Shown: positions 1-10,110, numbered from the stretch's first letter. The stretch: 54,819 nt of DNA from an uncultured Clostridia bacterium (GCA_934500865.1 CAKSUD010000002.1:1-54819); one strand, 5' to 3'. Program-made: numbers and translations. The notes: generated by a model not told the origin, from the letters alone.

Positions 1-582
1 GACCGGGAGGTGCTTTCCGCCTTTGTGCATAAAGGAATGATCTACGAATCCGCAGACTACCACAACGCCGTCTTCGTAGGTTACGATGAACACAGCATTG
101 CCCGACACGCACACAAAAGAGGAACAGGCTCTGAAAGCACCTACAAAGGCAATGCGGAAAGCTGCGATCCCCGTTACAGTTTCCACTGGACCGGAAAAGA
201 CAACACGCTCTATCTCTTTGAGGCTCCCATAGATATGCTGTCCTTTATTTCTCTGCATAAGGAGAATTGGCGAAGTCACAGCTATGCCGCCGCCTGCTGT
301 GTCGGGGATCAGGTGCTGTTCCAAATGCTGAAAGCGAACCCCAATATCGACACCGTCTATCTCTGTATGGATAATGATGACGCAGGTCAAGCGGCGAACA
401 AGAGAATATCCGACAAGCTCTTTATCCGGGGCATCAAACATGAGATCCTCGTTCCGTCATTGAAAGATTGGAACGAGGACCGGCTGGCAGCTGGAGGCAA
501 TGCTCCGCACATCCGTGCGGAGTTTTCTTTACCCCAAGAAGAAAGCGAGGAAGAAGAAATATGCCAAACATTGCAGCTTTAA
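1..582 (+). CDS. DUF3991/Toprim-domain protein of a conjugative element (5' end cut by the window edge)
   Basis: The reading frame is open from nt 1. It carries Toprim-type acidic motifs LFEAPIDMLSF and CMDNDDAGQAA. It lies directly upstream of the coupling-protein gene and overlaps it, which is the usual Firmicutes ICE gene order. Confidence 0.75.
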   Translation, partial: DREVLSAFVHKGMIYESADYHNAVFVGYDEHSIARHAHKRGTGSESTYKGNAESCDPRYSFHWTGKDNTLYLFEAPIDMLSFISLHKENWRSHSYAAACCVGDQVLFQMLKANPNIDTVYLCMDNDDAGQAANKRISDKLFIRGIKHEILVPSLKDWNEDRLAAGGNAPHIRAEFSLPQEESEEEEICQTLQL

Positions 583-1794
583 TCACCGTCGCCGCAGTTA
601 TGTTTGCCGTCCTCGGTGCGATCACGCTGATCGCCCATATCTATAACCTCAACAATATCAAGAGCAAAACGGTCGGCGACGGCCAGCACGGCACGGCTCG
701 ATGGGCAACCAAAGCGGAGATACGAAAGACCTACCGCCACATCCCGTTCACGCCAAAGAAATGGCGCAAGCAGGCAAAGCAAAATCAAACGCCTACCATG
801 ACGGCGACAGCACCGAGAAAACTGCTCCGAAAAACGACCAGGCCGACCGAGGAAGCGCTGCCGCAGGGCATCGTGGTCGGGTGCAAGGGCGGCAAGCATC
901 ATACCACCGCAATGGTAGATACAGGAGATGTCCACGCGCTGATGATTGGTGCGGCGGGTGTCGGTAAGACTGCCTTTTGGCTGTATCCCTGTATCGAGTA
1001 CGCCTGCGCCAGCGGAATGTCGTTCCTATCAACCGACACCAAAGGCGATGTTATGCGTAATTACGGCAACATTGCCAAAGGCTACGGCTACAATGTTTCG
1101 GTCATTGACCTACGTAATCCTACACGCTCCAACGGCAACAATCTCCTGCACCTCGTCAACAAGTATATGGATTTGTATCAGCAAGAGAACAAGCTAATAT
1201 ACAAAGCCAAAGCCGAGAAATATGCCAAGATTATCTCCAAGACCATTATCCTCTCAGGTATGGACGCGGCGAGCTTCGGTCAGAATGCGTACTTCTATGA
1301 CGCCGCCGAGGGATTATTGACTGCAACTATTCTGCTTGTGGCAGAGTTCTGTGAGCCGCAGAAACGGCATATCGTATCGGTATTTAAGATTATACAAGAA
1401 TTGCTTGCACCTTCAAGCAGAAAGGGTAAGAATCAGTTTCAAAAGCTTATGGAGCTTTTACCGAACGACCATAAAGCCAAGTGGTTCGCGGGAGCCGCGC
1501 TGAACACAGCCGAACAGTCAATGGCTTCGGTTATGTCAACGGCGCTGTCCCGACTGAATTCCTTTCTCGATTCAGAGTTGGAACAGCTTCTCTGCTTTGA
1601 TACCGAAATTGATGCGGAGAAGTTCTGCAATGAGAAGTCGGCTATCTTCGTAATCATGCCGGAGGAAAATCCCAACACCTTCTTTATGATCTCTTTGATC
1701 ATTCAACAGCTATACAGAGAAATCCTTGCAGTGGCTGATGAAAACGGCGGCAAGCTACAAAACCGCTGTGTTTTCTTCTGCGATGAGTTCGGAA
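561..1794 (+). CDS. Type IV secretion coupling protein (TraG/VirD4 family), exon 1
   Basis: ATG at 561 follows GAGGAAGAAG. The product has an N-terminal TM helix, Walker A MIGAAGVGKT and Walker B FFCDEFG. The frame stops at 1809-1811, five codons after the GTGCG at 1795 that starts a group II intron. Confidence 0.85.
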
Positions 1795-2514
1795 GTGCGA
1801 CACGTTCCTAATTGAAAAGATTAGGCGTGAAGCTGAAATATAATATATAAAAAGATGAAAGGAGTTTTATATAATCAGTTTCATAGAACTGATAACCTGA
1901 GTAGTGGAATGAGGGAGTAACGTCCTGAAACGCTACCTCTAATACTCCGACTGGCACTAAAGGGAAACCTCTTTTGTCAGAAGCTCGGTGAAGTCGGCTG
2001 AGAGTAACCGTAAGAAAAAGAAAATTTCTTTTTCACGAAAGCAGTCAAGAGGTTGGCTGTGTTACCTATAGGTCGGGAGTCTATAAAATATATATGGTGA
2101 GAATGATAGAAATATCTGACGAACCTGTGAATGTACGGGTCTAAAATTCGACTGCATAGAAATGTGCAGACCGTATTGTACGGTGATAATGAGGTAAAGT
2201 AAGATTTTCCGATATGAAATACCTTATAGTGTTAAAGGCACTATCAAGTTATCAGGCTTAGAGCAGGCACCTAAGTATATATGCTAAAGATAAGGTTATC
2301 GGAACGTGGCAACCTACAATACACAAATGTGGTTTGGTCGAAGAATAATAAGCCAATTTAATTGTGGGTAAAGCAGTGGCATTACTGATGATGTTCTCTG
2401 TAATGGAGAACGGAGGAACAGCCACAAGTCGATGATAATAATTGATTATAGGTATAGATTTTCATAGCTTCGAGTAAGACTAAGAAAAACAACTTCTTAA
2501 CGGAGGTGTTGCCT

Positions 2515-4380
2515 ATGACAAAACAAAAGAAACTAAGACATTTGGAATACTACGATTTACAAGATACTTTTGATAAATTGTATGCGGATAGCAAAAATAA
2601 TAAAATTTTTACTAAACTTATGCAAATTATTGCGAGTGAAGAAAATATAAAACTTGCATATCGCAATATCAAAAGTAATGTAGGTAGTAAAACTTCAGGT
2701 GTTGATAAAGTAAATATCAATGATATTGAAAAACTTAATTCTCAAGATTTTATTGAGATTATTCAACGCAAATTTGAGTGGTATAAGCCTAAACCTGTAA
2801 AAAGGGTGGAAATTCCTAAAACAAATGGAAAAACAAGACCACTTGGAATTCCTACAATAGTTGACAGATTGGTTCAGCAATGTATTTTACAAGTGTTAGA
2901 ACCGATTTGCGAAGCAAAATTCCACGAAAGAAGTAATGGGTTTAGACCTAACAGGTCAACAGAACACGCTATAGCACAATGCTATAAAATGATACAAAAA
3001 CAATATTTATATTTTGTTGTGGATATTGATATAAAATCGTTTTTCGATAATGTTAATCACGCAAAATTAATAAAACAAATGTGGAGTTTAGGTATCAGAG
3101 ATAAAACATTACTTTCAATAATTAAGGAAATGCTAAAAGCACCAATAATTATGCCAAATGGAGAAATTGAATATCCTACAAAGGGTACACCGCAAGGCGG
3201 TATATTAAGTCCATTACTGTCTAATATAGTGCTTAATGAATTGGATTGGTGGGTTGCAAGTCAGTGGGAAGAAATGCCCACGCACAACACTTTTAGTATT
3301 TGTTATAATTACAGTGGAACGGTAAATAAATGTTATACTCGAAAAGTTTTGAGAGCAACAGGGTTGAAAGAAATGTATATTGTAAGATATGCAGATGATT
3401 TCAAGATTTTCTGTAGAACACGAAATGAAGCAGATAAAATATTCATAGCAGTAAGGCAGTGGATAAAAGAAAGATTAAAACTTGAAATCAGTGAAGAAAA
3501 ATCCAAAGTTGTTAATCTAAAGAAGAATTACTCTGAATTTTTAGGTTTTAAAATCAAAGCGACCAAGAAAAAGGGTAAATATGTTGTTTATTCGAATATG
3601 ACAGATAAAGCAATAAAGAATGAAACTATAAAATTAAAAGAACAAATTAAGGTAATACAACATTCTGAAAATGCGGATAATCTAATCCTCAATGTAAAAC
3701 ATTACAATTCAATGGTGTTAGGTATCCATAATTATTACCGATATGCAACTAATGTAACAATAAGTTGTAGGGAAATTCAGTATAGGCTTAATACATCGAT
3801 TTTTAATAGGTTGGGTAAAATGATAAGCAAACACGGAACGATTTCCCGTTCACTCATTCAAGAAAGGTTTGGCTCATCTGAACAATTAAGGTTTATTTGT
3901 GATGAGCCTTTATGTCCTGTTGGATATGTGCAAACGAAAAATCCTATGTATAAAAAGATTAAAATTTGTAAATATACCCCAGAGGGCAGAGAAGAAATTC
4001 ATAAAAATCTAAAATTCAGTAAAACAGTAATTTCTGTTATGCATTTATTAAGTAAAGAACAGTTATATGATAAAAGCATCGAATATTATGATAATAGAAT
4101 TTCGCTGTTTGCGGCTCAATATGGGAAATGTGCTATTACAGGTAAAGAATTATGTATTGATGAAATTCACTGTCATCATAAAATACCTAAATTCTTAGGT
4201 GGCACTGATGATTATTTTAATCTTATAATTATACATAAAGAAGTACATAAACTTATCCACGCAATATCAATGGAAATTATAAATGCAAGCCTTAATCAAA
4301 TCAAACCGACGAAAATAATGCTTGGAAAAATCAATGAATTAAGAGAAAAAGTTGGAAATGAAAAAATTCGAGTTTCTTGA
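2515..4380 (+). CDS. Group II intron reverse transcriptase/maturase with C-terminal HNH endonuclease domain
   Basis: GGAGG at 2502-2506 lies 8 nt before the ATG at 2515. RT motifs are present, including GTPQGGILSPLLSNIVLNELD and RYADDFKIF. A maturase (X) region follows, then the HNH region CAITGKEL...HCHHKIPKFLGGTDDYFNLIIIHKEVHKLIH. Confidence 0.92.
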   Translation: MTKQKKLRHLEYYDLQDTFDKLYADSKNNKIFTKLMQIIASEENIKLAYRNIKSNVGSKTSGVDKVNINDIEKLNSQDFIEIIQRKFEWYKPKPVKRVEIPKTNGKTRPLGIPTIVDRLVQQCILQVLEPICEAKFHERSNGFRPNRSTEHAIAQCYKMIQKQYLYFVVDIDIKSFFDNVNHAKLIKQMWSLGIRDKTLLSIIKEMLKAPIIMPNGEIEYPTKGTPQGGILSPLLSNIVLNELDWWVASQWEEMPTHNTFSICYNYSGTVNKCYTRKVLRATGLKEMYIVRYADDFKIFCRTRNEADKIFIAVRQWIKERLKLEISEEKSKVVNLKKNYSEFLGFKIKATKKKGKYVVYSNMTDKAIKNETIKLKEQIKVIQHSENADNLILNVKHYNSMVLGIHNYYRYATNVTISCREIQYRLNTSIFNRLGKMISKHGTISRSLIQERFGSSEQLRFICDEPLCPVGYVQTKNPMYKKIKICKYTPEGREEIHKNLKFSKTVISVMHLLSKEQLYDKSIEYYDNRISLFAAQYGKCAITGKELCIDEIHCHHKIPKFLGGTDDYFNLIIIHKEVHKLIHAISMEIINASLNQIKPTKIMLGKINELREKVGNEKIRVS

Positions 4381-4425
4381 GTTTTGAAGTTTATACTAAT
4401 CTAATCAATATGCATTGTCGATGGA

Positions 4426-4459
4426 AAGCCGTGTGAGTTCGAAAGACTCACGCACGGTT
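4426..4459 (+). ncRNA. Group II intron domain V (catalytic hairpin)
   Basis: The 34-nt sequence AAGCCGTGTGAGTTCGAAAGACTCACGCACGGTT has an AGC triad at 4427-4429 and a GAAA-containing loop. Its architecture matches the canonical DV consensus. A short hairpin (GCGAT...ATCGC) follows, consistent with domain VI, then the intron end. Confidence 0.85.
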
Positions 4460-4509
4460 TGAAGCGGGGGAAAATTTGGCGATTGCATCAAAGAATTACC
4501 TATCGCTAT

Positions 4510-5246
4510 CATTGCCGAAAATAGAATCCGCGGAGATGATGTTCTCTGCATCCCGTTCAAGGCGATTGCAGATTGTACCGATTATACAATCCTTCTCACA
4601 GCTCGACAAGAACTACGGCAAAGAAGGCGCGGAAATCATTGTGGACAACACTCAGCTCACAATATTCGGCGGTTTCGCCCCCAACAGCTCCTCGGCAGAG
4701 GTACTCTCCAAAGCCCTGGGCAGCCGAACCGTGATGTCCGGCTCGGTCAGCCGTTCAAAGAACGATCCCTCGCAGTCATTACAAATGATTGAGCGCCCGT
4801 TGCTCACACCCGACGAATTAAAATCTATGCCCAAAGGTCAGTTTGTTGTGATGAAAACAGGCGTACACCCGATGAGAGTCAGGCTAAAGCTGTTCTACAA
4901 GTGGGGCATTCAGTTTGACAAGGATAACCCCTATACCGTAACAGACAACGGCGACCGTAAGGTGGTGTATGCCGACAAGAAGGAAATTCAGGACGGCATC
5001 CTCAGAAAATATCCGCCGGAGTGGAAAGAGGAAACGCCTGCACCGAGCAGCTCGGACGGCGGCGGTCAGGCACAGCAGGACAGCCCAAAGAACGAGCCGC
5101 AGAGAACTCCGCCGAAGGATAAGAACAAGGGCGGCAACCCCATCCGTACCTCACCGCCGAAAAAAGAAACTGCTCCCGACATGACGGAAGCAGAAATCAT
5201 AAAAGACTTAACCGAAACGGAGGTGCAAAGCAATGAGCCGTCTTGA
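4510..5246 (+). CDS. Type IV secretion coupling protein (TraG/VirD4 family), exon 2
   Basis: The frame continues the T4CP core (RSRRLQIVPIIQSFSQLDKNYG..., LLTPDELKSMPKGQFVV). It ends in a Pro/Lys/Glu-rich low-complexity tail. No independent start or RBS is needed if the gene is spliced. Confidence 0.85.
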
Positions 5247-5493
5247 TTTTCTTTACCGCACCGAGCTGCCGCACAGGGCTGTTGCGGTATATATCTATCT
5301 CGCAGATCGGACGAACGCGAACAACGAGTGCTGGCCTGCCATCCCGACCATAGCAGCAGACCTAAAGTATTCACAGTCCACCGTCAGGCGCGGCATCCGT
5401 GACCTCAAAAAAGCGGGGCTCCTCGAAACCGAGCAGCGCTACCGTAAGAAAGGCGGCAAGAGCAGTTTGCTTTACAAAATTAAAGGCACCTAA
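5233..5493 (+). CDS. Small helix-turn-helix DNA-binding protein (ICE backbone)
   Basis: The ATG overlaps the end of the coupling-protein gene. The 86-aa product has a winged-helix-like segment, IPTIAADLKYSQSTVRRGIRDLKKAGLL. Confidence 0.7.
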   Translation: MSRLDFLYRTELPHRAVAVYIYLADRTNANNECWPAIPTIAADLKYSQSTVRRGIRDLKKAGLLETEQRYRKKGGKSSLLYKIKGT

Positions 5494-5661
5494 GGCGGCA
5501 AAAAATATACCTTCCGCCAGGGGGCTATTGCGCCTACTTGGTGGAAGGTGCCACCTATCATGGTGATAGGTGAAGTGAACTGCCCAACTGAAAAGATATT
5601 ACATCAGAAAGAATAAAACACAAGTATAACAGCGTAAAACGACTCATAATAAGGAGATATA

Positions 5662-5715
5662 CACATTTACACCTTTTAAATATAAATATGTATTTAGATG
5701 AAAATGTGGTATTAT
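5662..5715 (+). promoter_or_regulatory. Operator box copy 1 (most degenerate) plus candidate -10, upstream of the AraC regulator gene
   Basis: The box is CACATTTACACCTTTTAAATATAAATATGTATTT (5662-5695). A TGgTATTAT follows at 5707-5715. A second extended -10, TGCTATAAT, lies at 5785-5793 nearer the gene. Confidence 0.5.
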
Positions 5716-5839
5716 AGTTGCGGATTGCAATAACTTTGTGGATTGAATTATATCGAAAAAACATTTGAAAAATCACAGAAAAGATGCTATAATATAATCA
5801 AAGAGTTTTTTATCAATTTTAGTTAAGGAGAGTAGCATA

Positions 5840-6688
5840 ATGCTTAAAGTGCCTCAAAAAGATAATGTAGGTACAGAAGAGTACTTTTATATAGGTGATA
5901 CAGTTATTAACTCTCTTTTTAACGTGTTGCTTGCGGGAATTACTGAGCCTGATAGTGAGTATTTTATATATCATCCTGCATGTAAGCTATGGGTTTTTGA
6001 ATATGTTATTTCGGGGGAAGGCTATATAGTTACTGAGAATAGGACTTATACTGTAACTGAGGGTGATTTTTATGCTATATCCGAAGCAACAGAGTGTTAT
6101 TATTATTCCGATAAAAATAATCCGATGAAAAAGATTTGGATAAACCTTACCGGTAATTTGGTGCGCCATCTTATGCGTGATTACGGACTAAACAATGAGG
6201 TTACAGTTTTAAAATGTGATATTCGTAATTTGTTTGAAGAAATGCTTGAAAACTTTAAAGGTGAAGATAATTACATTATTGCAACGCAATTAAAGATTCA
6301 TGAGATCATTGCAAAAGTATCTCCAATTCATACAAAGAAAGCAAACACAGATTTGATTGAGAATATTCATAATTATATTATTGAAAACAGTAATAAAAAT
6401 TTAGAAGTTGATGTTTTGTGCAAAGTATTCTTTATTTCCCGTGTACACATGACACAATTATTTAGAAAGAAATACGGCACTTCTCCTTACAAATTCTTTA
6501 TAAAAACAAAAATGGAATTGGCAGCGGATATGCTTATTAATACAGATATGTCTATTAAGGAAATAGCTTTGTCGCTATCTTATACTGATCCACATCATTT
6601 CAGTAATGCTTTCAATAAGTTTTTTAACTGTTTTCCAAGAGAATACAGGTTAAAAAACAAAATAGCACCCACTGATAATAACGATTAA
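5840..6688 (+). CDS. AraC family transcriptional regulator (cupin-like sensor domain plus HTH_18)
   Basis: RBS AAGGAG precedes the start. The C-terminal dual HTH reads ...VHMTQLFRKKYGTSPYKFFIKTKMELAADMLINTDMSIKEIALSLSYTDPHHFSNAFNKFF... Confidence 0.9.
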   Translation: MLKVPQKDNVGTEEYFYIGDTVINSLFNVLLAGITEPDSEYFIYHPACKLWVFEYVISGEGYIVTENRTYTVTEGDFYAISEATECYYYSDKNNPMKKIWINLTGNLVRHLMRDYGLNNEVTVLKCDIRNLFEEMLENFKGEDNYIIATQLKIHEIIAKVSPIHTKKANTDLIENIHNYIIENSNKNLEVDVLCKVFFISRVHMTQLFRKKYGTSPYKFFIKTKMELAADMLINTDMSIKEIALSLSYTDPHHFSNAFNKFFNCFPREYRLKNKIAPTDNND

Positions 6689-6695
6689 AACTTAA

Positions 6696-6740
6696 AACAA
6701 TATCAGAATTGTATGTTATCAATTTTGATATTGTTTTTTT
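6696..6740 (+). terminator. Putative intrinsic terminator after the AraC gene
   Basis: AACAATATCA (6696-6705) pairs with TGATATTGTT (6726-6735) and a T-run follows. The stem is AT-rich and the loop is long, so this is only moderate evidence. Confidence 0.5.
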
Positions 6741-6750
6741 GTATACCTTA

Positions 6751-6810
6751 CAAATTTACACCATTTGTGAACAAATATACATTTTTTTTAAAAAACAGAT
6801 ATGATATAAT
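6751..6810 (+). promoter_or_regulatory. Operator box copy 2 plus extended -10 promoter of the deacetylase/oxidoreductase/GH39-like operon
   Basis: The box is CAAATTTACACCATTTGTGAACAAATATACATTT (6751-6784). TGATATAAT lies at 6802-6810. The -10 hexamer starts 21 nt after the box end. Confidence 0.7.
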
Positions 6811-6842
6811 CAAATAAAAAAAGAAAATTTAGGATAGTTATT

Positions 6843-7690
6843 ATGCGATATAGAATTATGCGTTTTCCAAACGGTAAAACAAAGGCTTTGACTTTAAGCT
6901 ACGATGACGGCGTAGTGCAGGATAAGGTACTCGCCAAAATAACTGCCGAATACGGTATAAAATGCACCTTTAATTTAAGTGCCGGCTGGCTTAACCGTAA
7001 AAATCATTTGACCGATGACGAGGTAAAGGAGTATATTTTAGCAAACGGTCACGAGGTTGCAATTCACGGTAACTGCCATATAGCACAGGGTGTCGCATCG
7101 ATTAAGGACGGTATACGTGATATGCTTGACGGTAGACGCAATCTTGAAAATAGGTTTAATAGAATTATTAAGGGGATGGCTTATCCCGATTCAGGTGTCA
7201 ATTATACACAGTTTACTGATTATAGTGAGATAAAAGCCTATCTTCAAATGCTCGGCATAGTCTATGGTAGATCGTCGGGACACGATAATAATAATTTCAG
7301 AGTTCCTACCGATTGGCATAAATGGATTCCTACCTGTCACCATAATAATTCTAATTTATATAGTTGGTTAAATCAGTTCAAAGAGTTAAACAACAAAGAA
7401 GGATATCTTGCACATCTTCATCCAAGACTTTTTTATCTTTGGGGGCATACCTATGAGTTTGAAAATGATAATAATTGGGATGTAATTAAGGAATTTTGCA
7501 AACAGGCAGCAGACAGCAGTGATATTTGGTTTGCTACAATATAGAAATTTATCAATATGTAAAAGCCTTTGAGTCACTCGAATTTAGCGTTGATAATGAT
7601 ATTGTATACAATCCATCGCTTTTTGATGTGTATTTTCGACTTGATAATAATGAATATATGATAAAATCAGGTGAAACGCTTTATTTGTAG
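6843..7690 (+). pseudogene. Polysaccharide deacetylase (CE4/NodB-type) interrupted by a frameshift near 7538-7544
   Basis: NodB motifs LSYDDG and AIHGNCH are present. The frame stops at TAG 7542-7544 after ...IWFATI. The remaining C-terminus (IEIYQYVKAFESLEFSVDNDIVYNPSLFDVYFRLDNNEYMIKSGETLYL) continues in another frame to TAG 7688-7690. One extra A in ACAAT would restore ...WFATNIEIYQYV... Confidence 0.7.
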
Positions 7691-7748
7691 TGAAAATGTT
7701 ATATAATTTTGGAGATAAAAAATTTTAAATTCATATGGAGGTTTTGTT

Positions 7749-8747
7749 ATGTTAAATGCTGCAATAATTGGTTTTGGAGGAATTGCAAAGGGCGCACACC
7801 TTCCGGGCTACAAAACACTTGAAGAAAAGGGAAAGGTAAAGCTTGTTGCTGCTTTCGATATTCGTGAAGAAGCTTTTACTCAGGGCACGCAGATTAATCT
7901 TGCATCATCAGATGCATCTGATAACGAGGGTATACATTTTTATACTGATTTAGAAGAAATGTTAAGTAAGGAGAAAATTGATCTTGTTGACATCTGCGTT
8001 CCTACATATCTTCATAAGCAATATGCTGTTGATATGCTAAATAGAGGTTATCTTGTTTTAAGCGAAAAGCCTATGGCACTCTCATCTGCTGACTGCAAGG
8101 AAATGGTAGCAGCATCTAACGGCAGACTAATGATTGGTCAATGCCTTCGTTTTTCTTCTGAATATATTTATGCTAAAAAGTTGGTGGAAGAGGGTACATA
8201 CGGAAAGCCTACCTCTGCAACTTTTAGAAGACTAAGTGAATCACCTACATGGGGGTGGGATAATTGGTTTATGGATTATAACCGTTCAGGCGGTGTAATC
8301 TTTGATTTGCATATACATGACCTTGATATAGCACGCTTTATTTTTGGTGAACCTAAAAAGGTATCTTGTATTGCAGGAGGTCATCACATTGTAGAAGATG
8401 CTTTTGCACACTCGACTCTTTATTACGATGGTTTTACCGTTTTTGCTGAGGGCAGATGGGATCAAATTAAAATGCCGTTCGCAGCAGATTTTCGTATATC
8501 TTTTGAAAAAGCAAACATTGTATGTTCGGGCGGTCAGGTTACAGTTTATCAATATGATGGCGAAGAGTTTACAGTACCGCTTAACAGTGAAAGTATGTAT
8601 ATGAAGGAAATTGAATATATAACCGATATATTTGTAAATGGAGGAGAAAATACACAAAATCCCCCTGAAAGTGCGGCTGAAAGCATCCGTCTTGCTGAAA
8701 CGCTTAAAGAAAGTGCCAAGAATGACGGCGAAGTACTAAAATTTTAA
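7749..8747 (+). CDS. Gfo/Idh/MocA family oxidoreductase
   Basis: RBS GGAGG precedes the start. It has an N-terminal Rossmann motif AIIGFGGIAKGAHLPGY and the family motif VLSEKPMA. Confidence 0.88.
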   Translation: MLNAAIIGFGGIAKGAHLPGYKTLEEKGKVKLVAAFDIREEAFTQGTQINLASSDASDNEGIHFYTDLEEMLSKEKIDLVDICVPTYLHKQYAVDMLNRGYLVLSEKPMALSSADCKEMVAASNGRLMIGQCLRFSSEYIYAKKLVEEGTYGKPTSATFRRLSESPTWGWDNWFMDYNRSGGVIFDLHIHDLDIARFIFGEPKKVSCIAGGHHIVEDAFAHSTLYYDGFTVFAEGRWDQIKMPFAADFRISFEKANIVCSGGQVTVYQYDGEEFTVPLNSESMYMKEIEYITDIFVNGGENTQNPPESAAESIRLAETLKESAKNDGEVLKF

Positions 8748-8763
8748 TCAAGAGGTGCAAAAA

Positions 8764-10110
8764 GTGAAAAACATATCTATTGATTTTACTAAAGATTGCG
8801 GTAAATTAAAGCCTATGCATGCCGTTAATAATGGACCTATTTATAAGTTCTCTGCTGACCAAAGAATTACAAATATGGATGCGTGGAAAGAAGCGGGCAT
8901 ACCTTATGCCAGAACTCACGATTCCGCCTTTTGCAGTACATACGGCGGACCTCATTGTGTTGACGTAAATCTTATTTTTACAAATTTTGATGCAGACCCT
9001 TATGATGCTGCAAATTACGATTTTGCTTGTACGGATGAGTATTTTAAGGTTATTAATTATTCGGGCACAAAGATATTTTATAGATTAGGTGCCAGTATTG
9101 AGCACTGGGTTAAAAAGTATAATACATTGCCACCAAAAGATTTTACCAAATGGGCAGTTATATGTGAGCATATAATTAAGCACTATACTGAGGGTTGGGC
9201 AGACGGCTTTAAGTATGATATTGAATACTGGGAAATCTGGAACGAGCCTGACCTTGACCCTGATGATGCTACTAATAAGCGAACTTGGGGCGGTACAAAG
9301 GCACAGTTTTTTGATTTTTATGCAACTGCCGCAAAGCATCTTAAAGAGTGCTTTCCGCATCTTAAAATAGGCGGTCCTGCGCTCTGCTGTGACTTGGATT
9401 GGGCAAGACATTTCCTTAAAGAAATGAAAAAGCGTGGCGCTGCTGTTGACTTCTTCTCTTGGCACCGCTATGCTTATGAGCCTGTATTTATTGCTGAAAC
9501 AGCACAGACAATTCGTAACATTTTAGACCAAGAAGGTTTTGAGAATACAGAGAGTATAAACAACGAGTGGAACTATGTAAAGGGATGGTCGGGTGATGAG
9601 TGGTTATATTCACTCCGCAGTGAAAAGAACTTAAAGGGTTCTTCCTTTATTCTTGGTACAATGTGCGCTTGCTCTTATGCTCCTATTGATATGCTTATGT
9701 ATTATGATGCCCGTCCTTGTGCTATGAATGGTATGTTCGCTACGGATTTTGTCTGTGATTGTTTAAAAGGATATTATCCGTTTAAAATGTTTAATGAGCT
9801 TTATAAATTGGATAATGCAGTAGCGGTAAAAAATGATACTAATTTGTTATCTGCCGCCGCTGTTAGCGAAGATAAAGCTGCTATTGTATTCACACATTTC
9901 TGTGATAACGATGAAACACCTACCGAAAAAGTTAAACTTAATATGCAAGGTTTTGGCGGTAAAAATGGTGTTAAAGTAAGTTGTTATTTGCTCGGCTGGG
10001 ATAAAGATTTAGAACTTGTTAAGGAAGAAATATTATCGGGCGATAATTTTGCAACAGTTCTTGAAAGCGAACTCTATAGCAGTTATCTTGTGGTGCTTGA
10101 AAAGATTTAA
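8764..10110 (+). CDS. Clan GH-A TIM-barrel glycoside hydrolase, GH39-like
   Basis: YWEIWNEPDLD matches the acid/base region and SINNEWNY is a candidate nucleophile region. The GTG at 8764 lies 8 nt after AGAGG. The ORF track starts at GTG 8755, which abuts the RBS. Confidence 0.65.
   Translation: MKNISIDFTKDCGKLKPMHAVNNGPIYKFSADQRITNMDAWKEAGIPYARTHDSAFCSTYGGPHCVDVNLIFTNFDADPYDAANYDFACTDEYFKVINYSGTKIFYRLGASIEHWVKKYNTLPPKDFTKWAVICEHIIKHYTEGWADGFKYDIEYWEIWNEPDLDPDDATNKRTWGGTKAQFFDFYATAAKHLKECFPHLKIGGPALCCDLDWARHFLKEMKKRGAAVDFFSWHRYAYEPVFIAETAQTIRNILDQEGFENTESINNEWNYVKGWSGDEWLYSLRSEKNLKGSSFILGTMCACSYAPIDMLMYYDARPCAMNGMFATDFVCDCLKGYYPFKMFNELYKLDNAVAVKNDTNLLSAAAVSEDKAAIVFTHFCDNDETPTEKVKLNMQGFGGKNGVKVSCYLLGWDKDLELVKEEILSGDNFATVLESELYSSYLVVLEKI

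Larger units (their letters stand above)
1795..4509 (+). mobile_element. Group II intron with an intron-encoded RT/maturase/HNH protein, inserted in the coupling-protein gene
   Basis: The 5' end is GTGCG at 1795. TTCCGA at 2207-2212 is the exact complement of the last six exon nt, TCGGAA (1789-1794), as expected for EBS1/IBS1. An RT ORF sits in the domain IV position and a canonical domain V lies at 4426-4459. The 3' end is ...CGCTAT at 4509. Joining 1794 to 4510 restores one frame, reading ...FFCDEFG-T-LPKIESAEMM... Confidence 0.85.

Noticed and set aside
468-560. The upstream extension of the coupling-protein ORF (the track starts it at 468).
   Set aside because: This part overlaps the end of the Toprim gene and encodes Arg/Pro-rich filler. 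The ATG at 561 has a purine-rich RBS and begins with the expected N-terminal TM helix.
5537-5545. The 9-mer CTTGGTGG/ACTTGGTGG seen near both cargo junctions (around 5536-5545 and 50571-50580), considered as att-like core sites.
   Set aside because: It is too short to be meaningful. The right copy lies inside the intron-like domain I sequence, and there is no flanking similarity.
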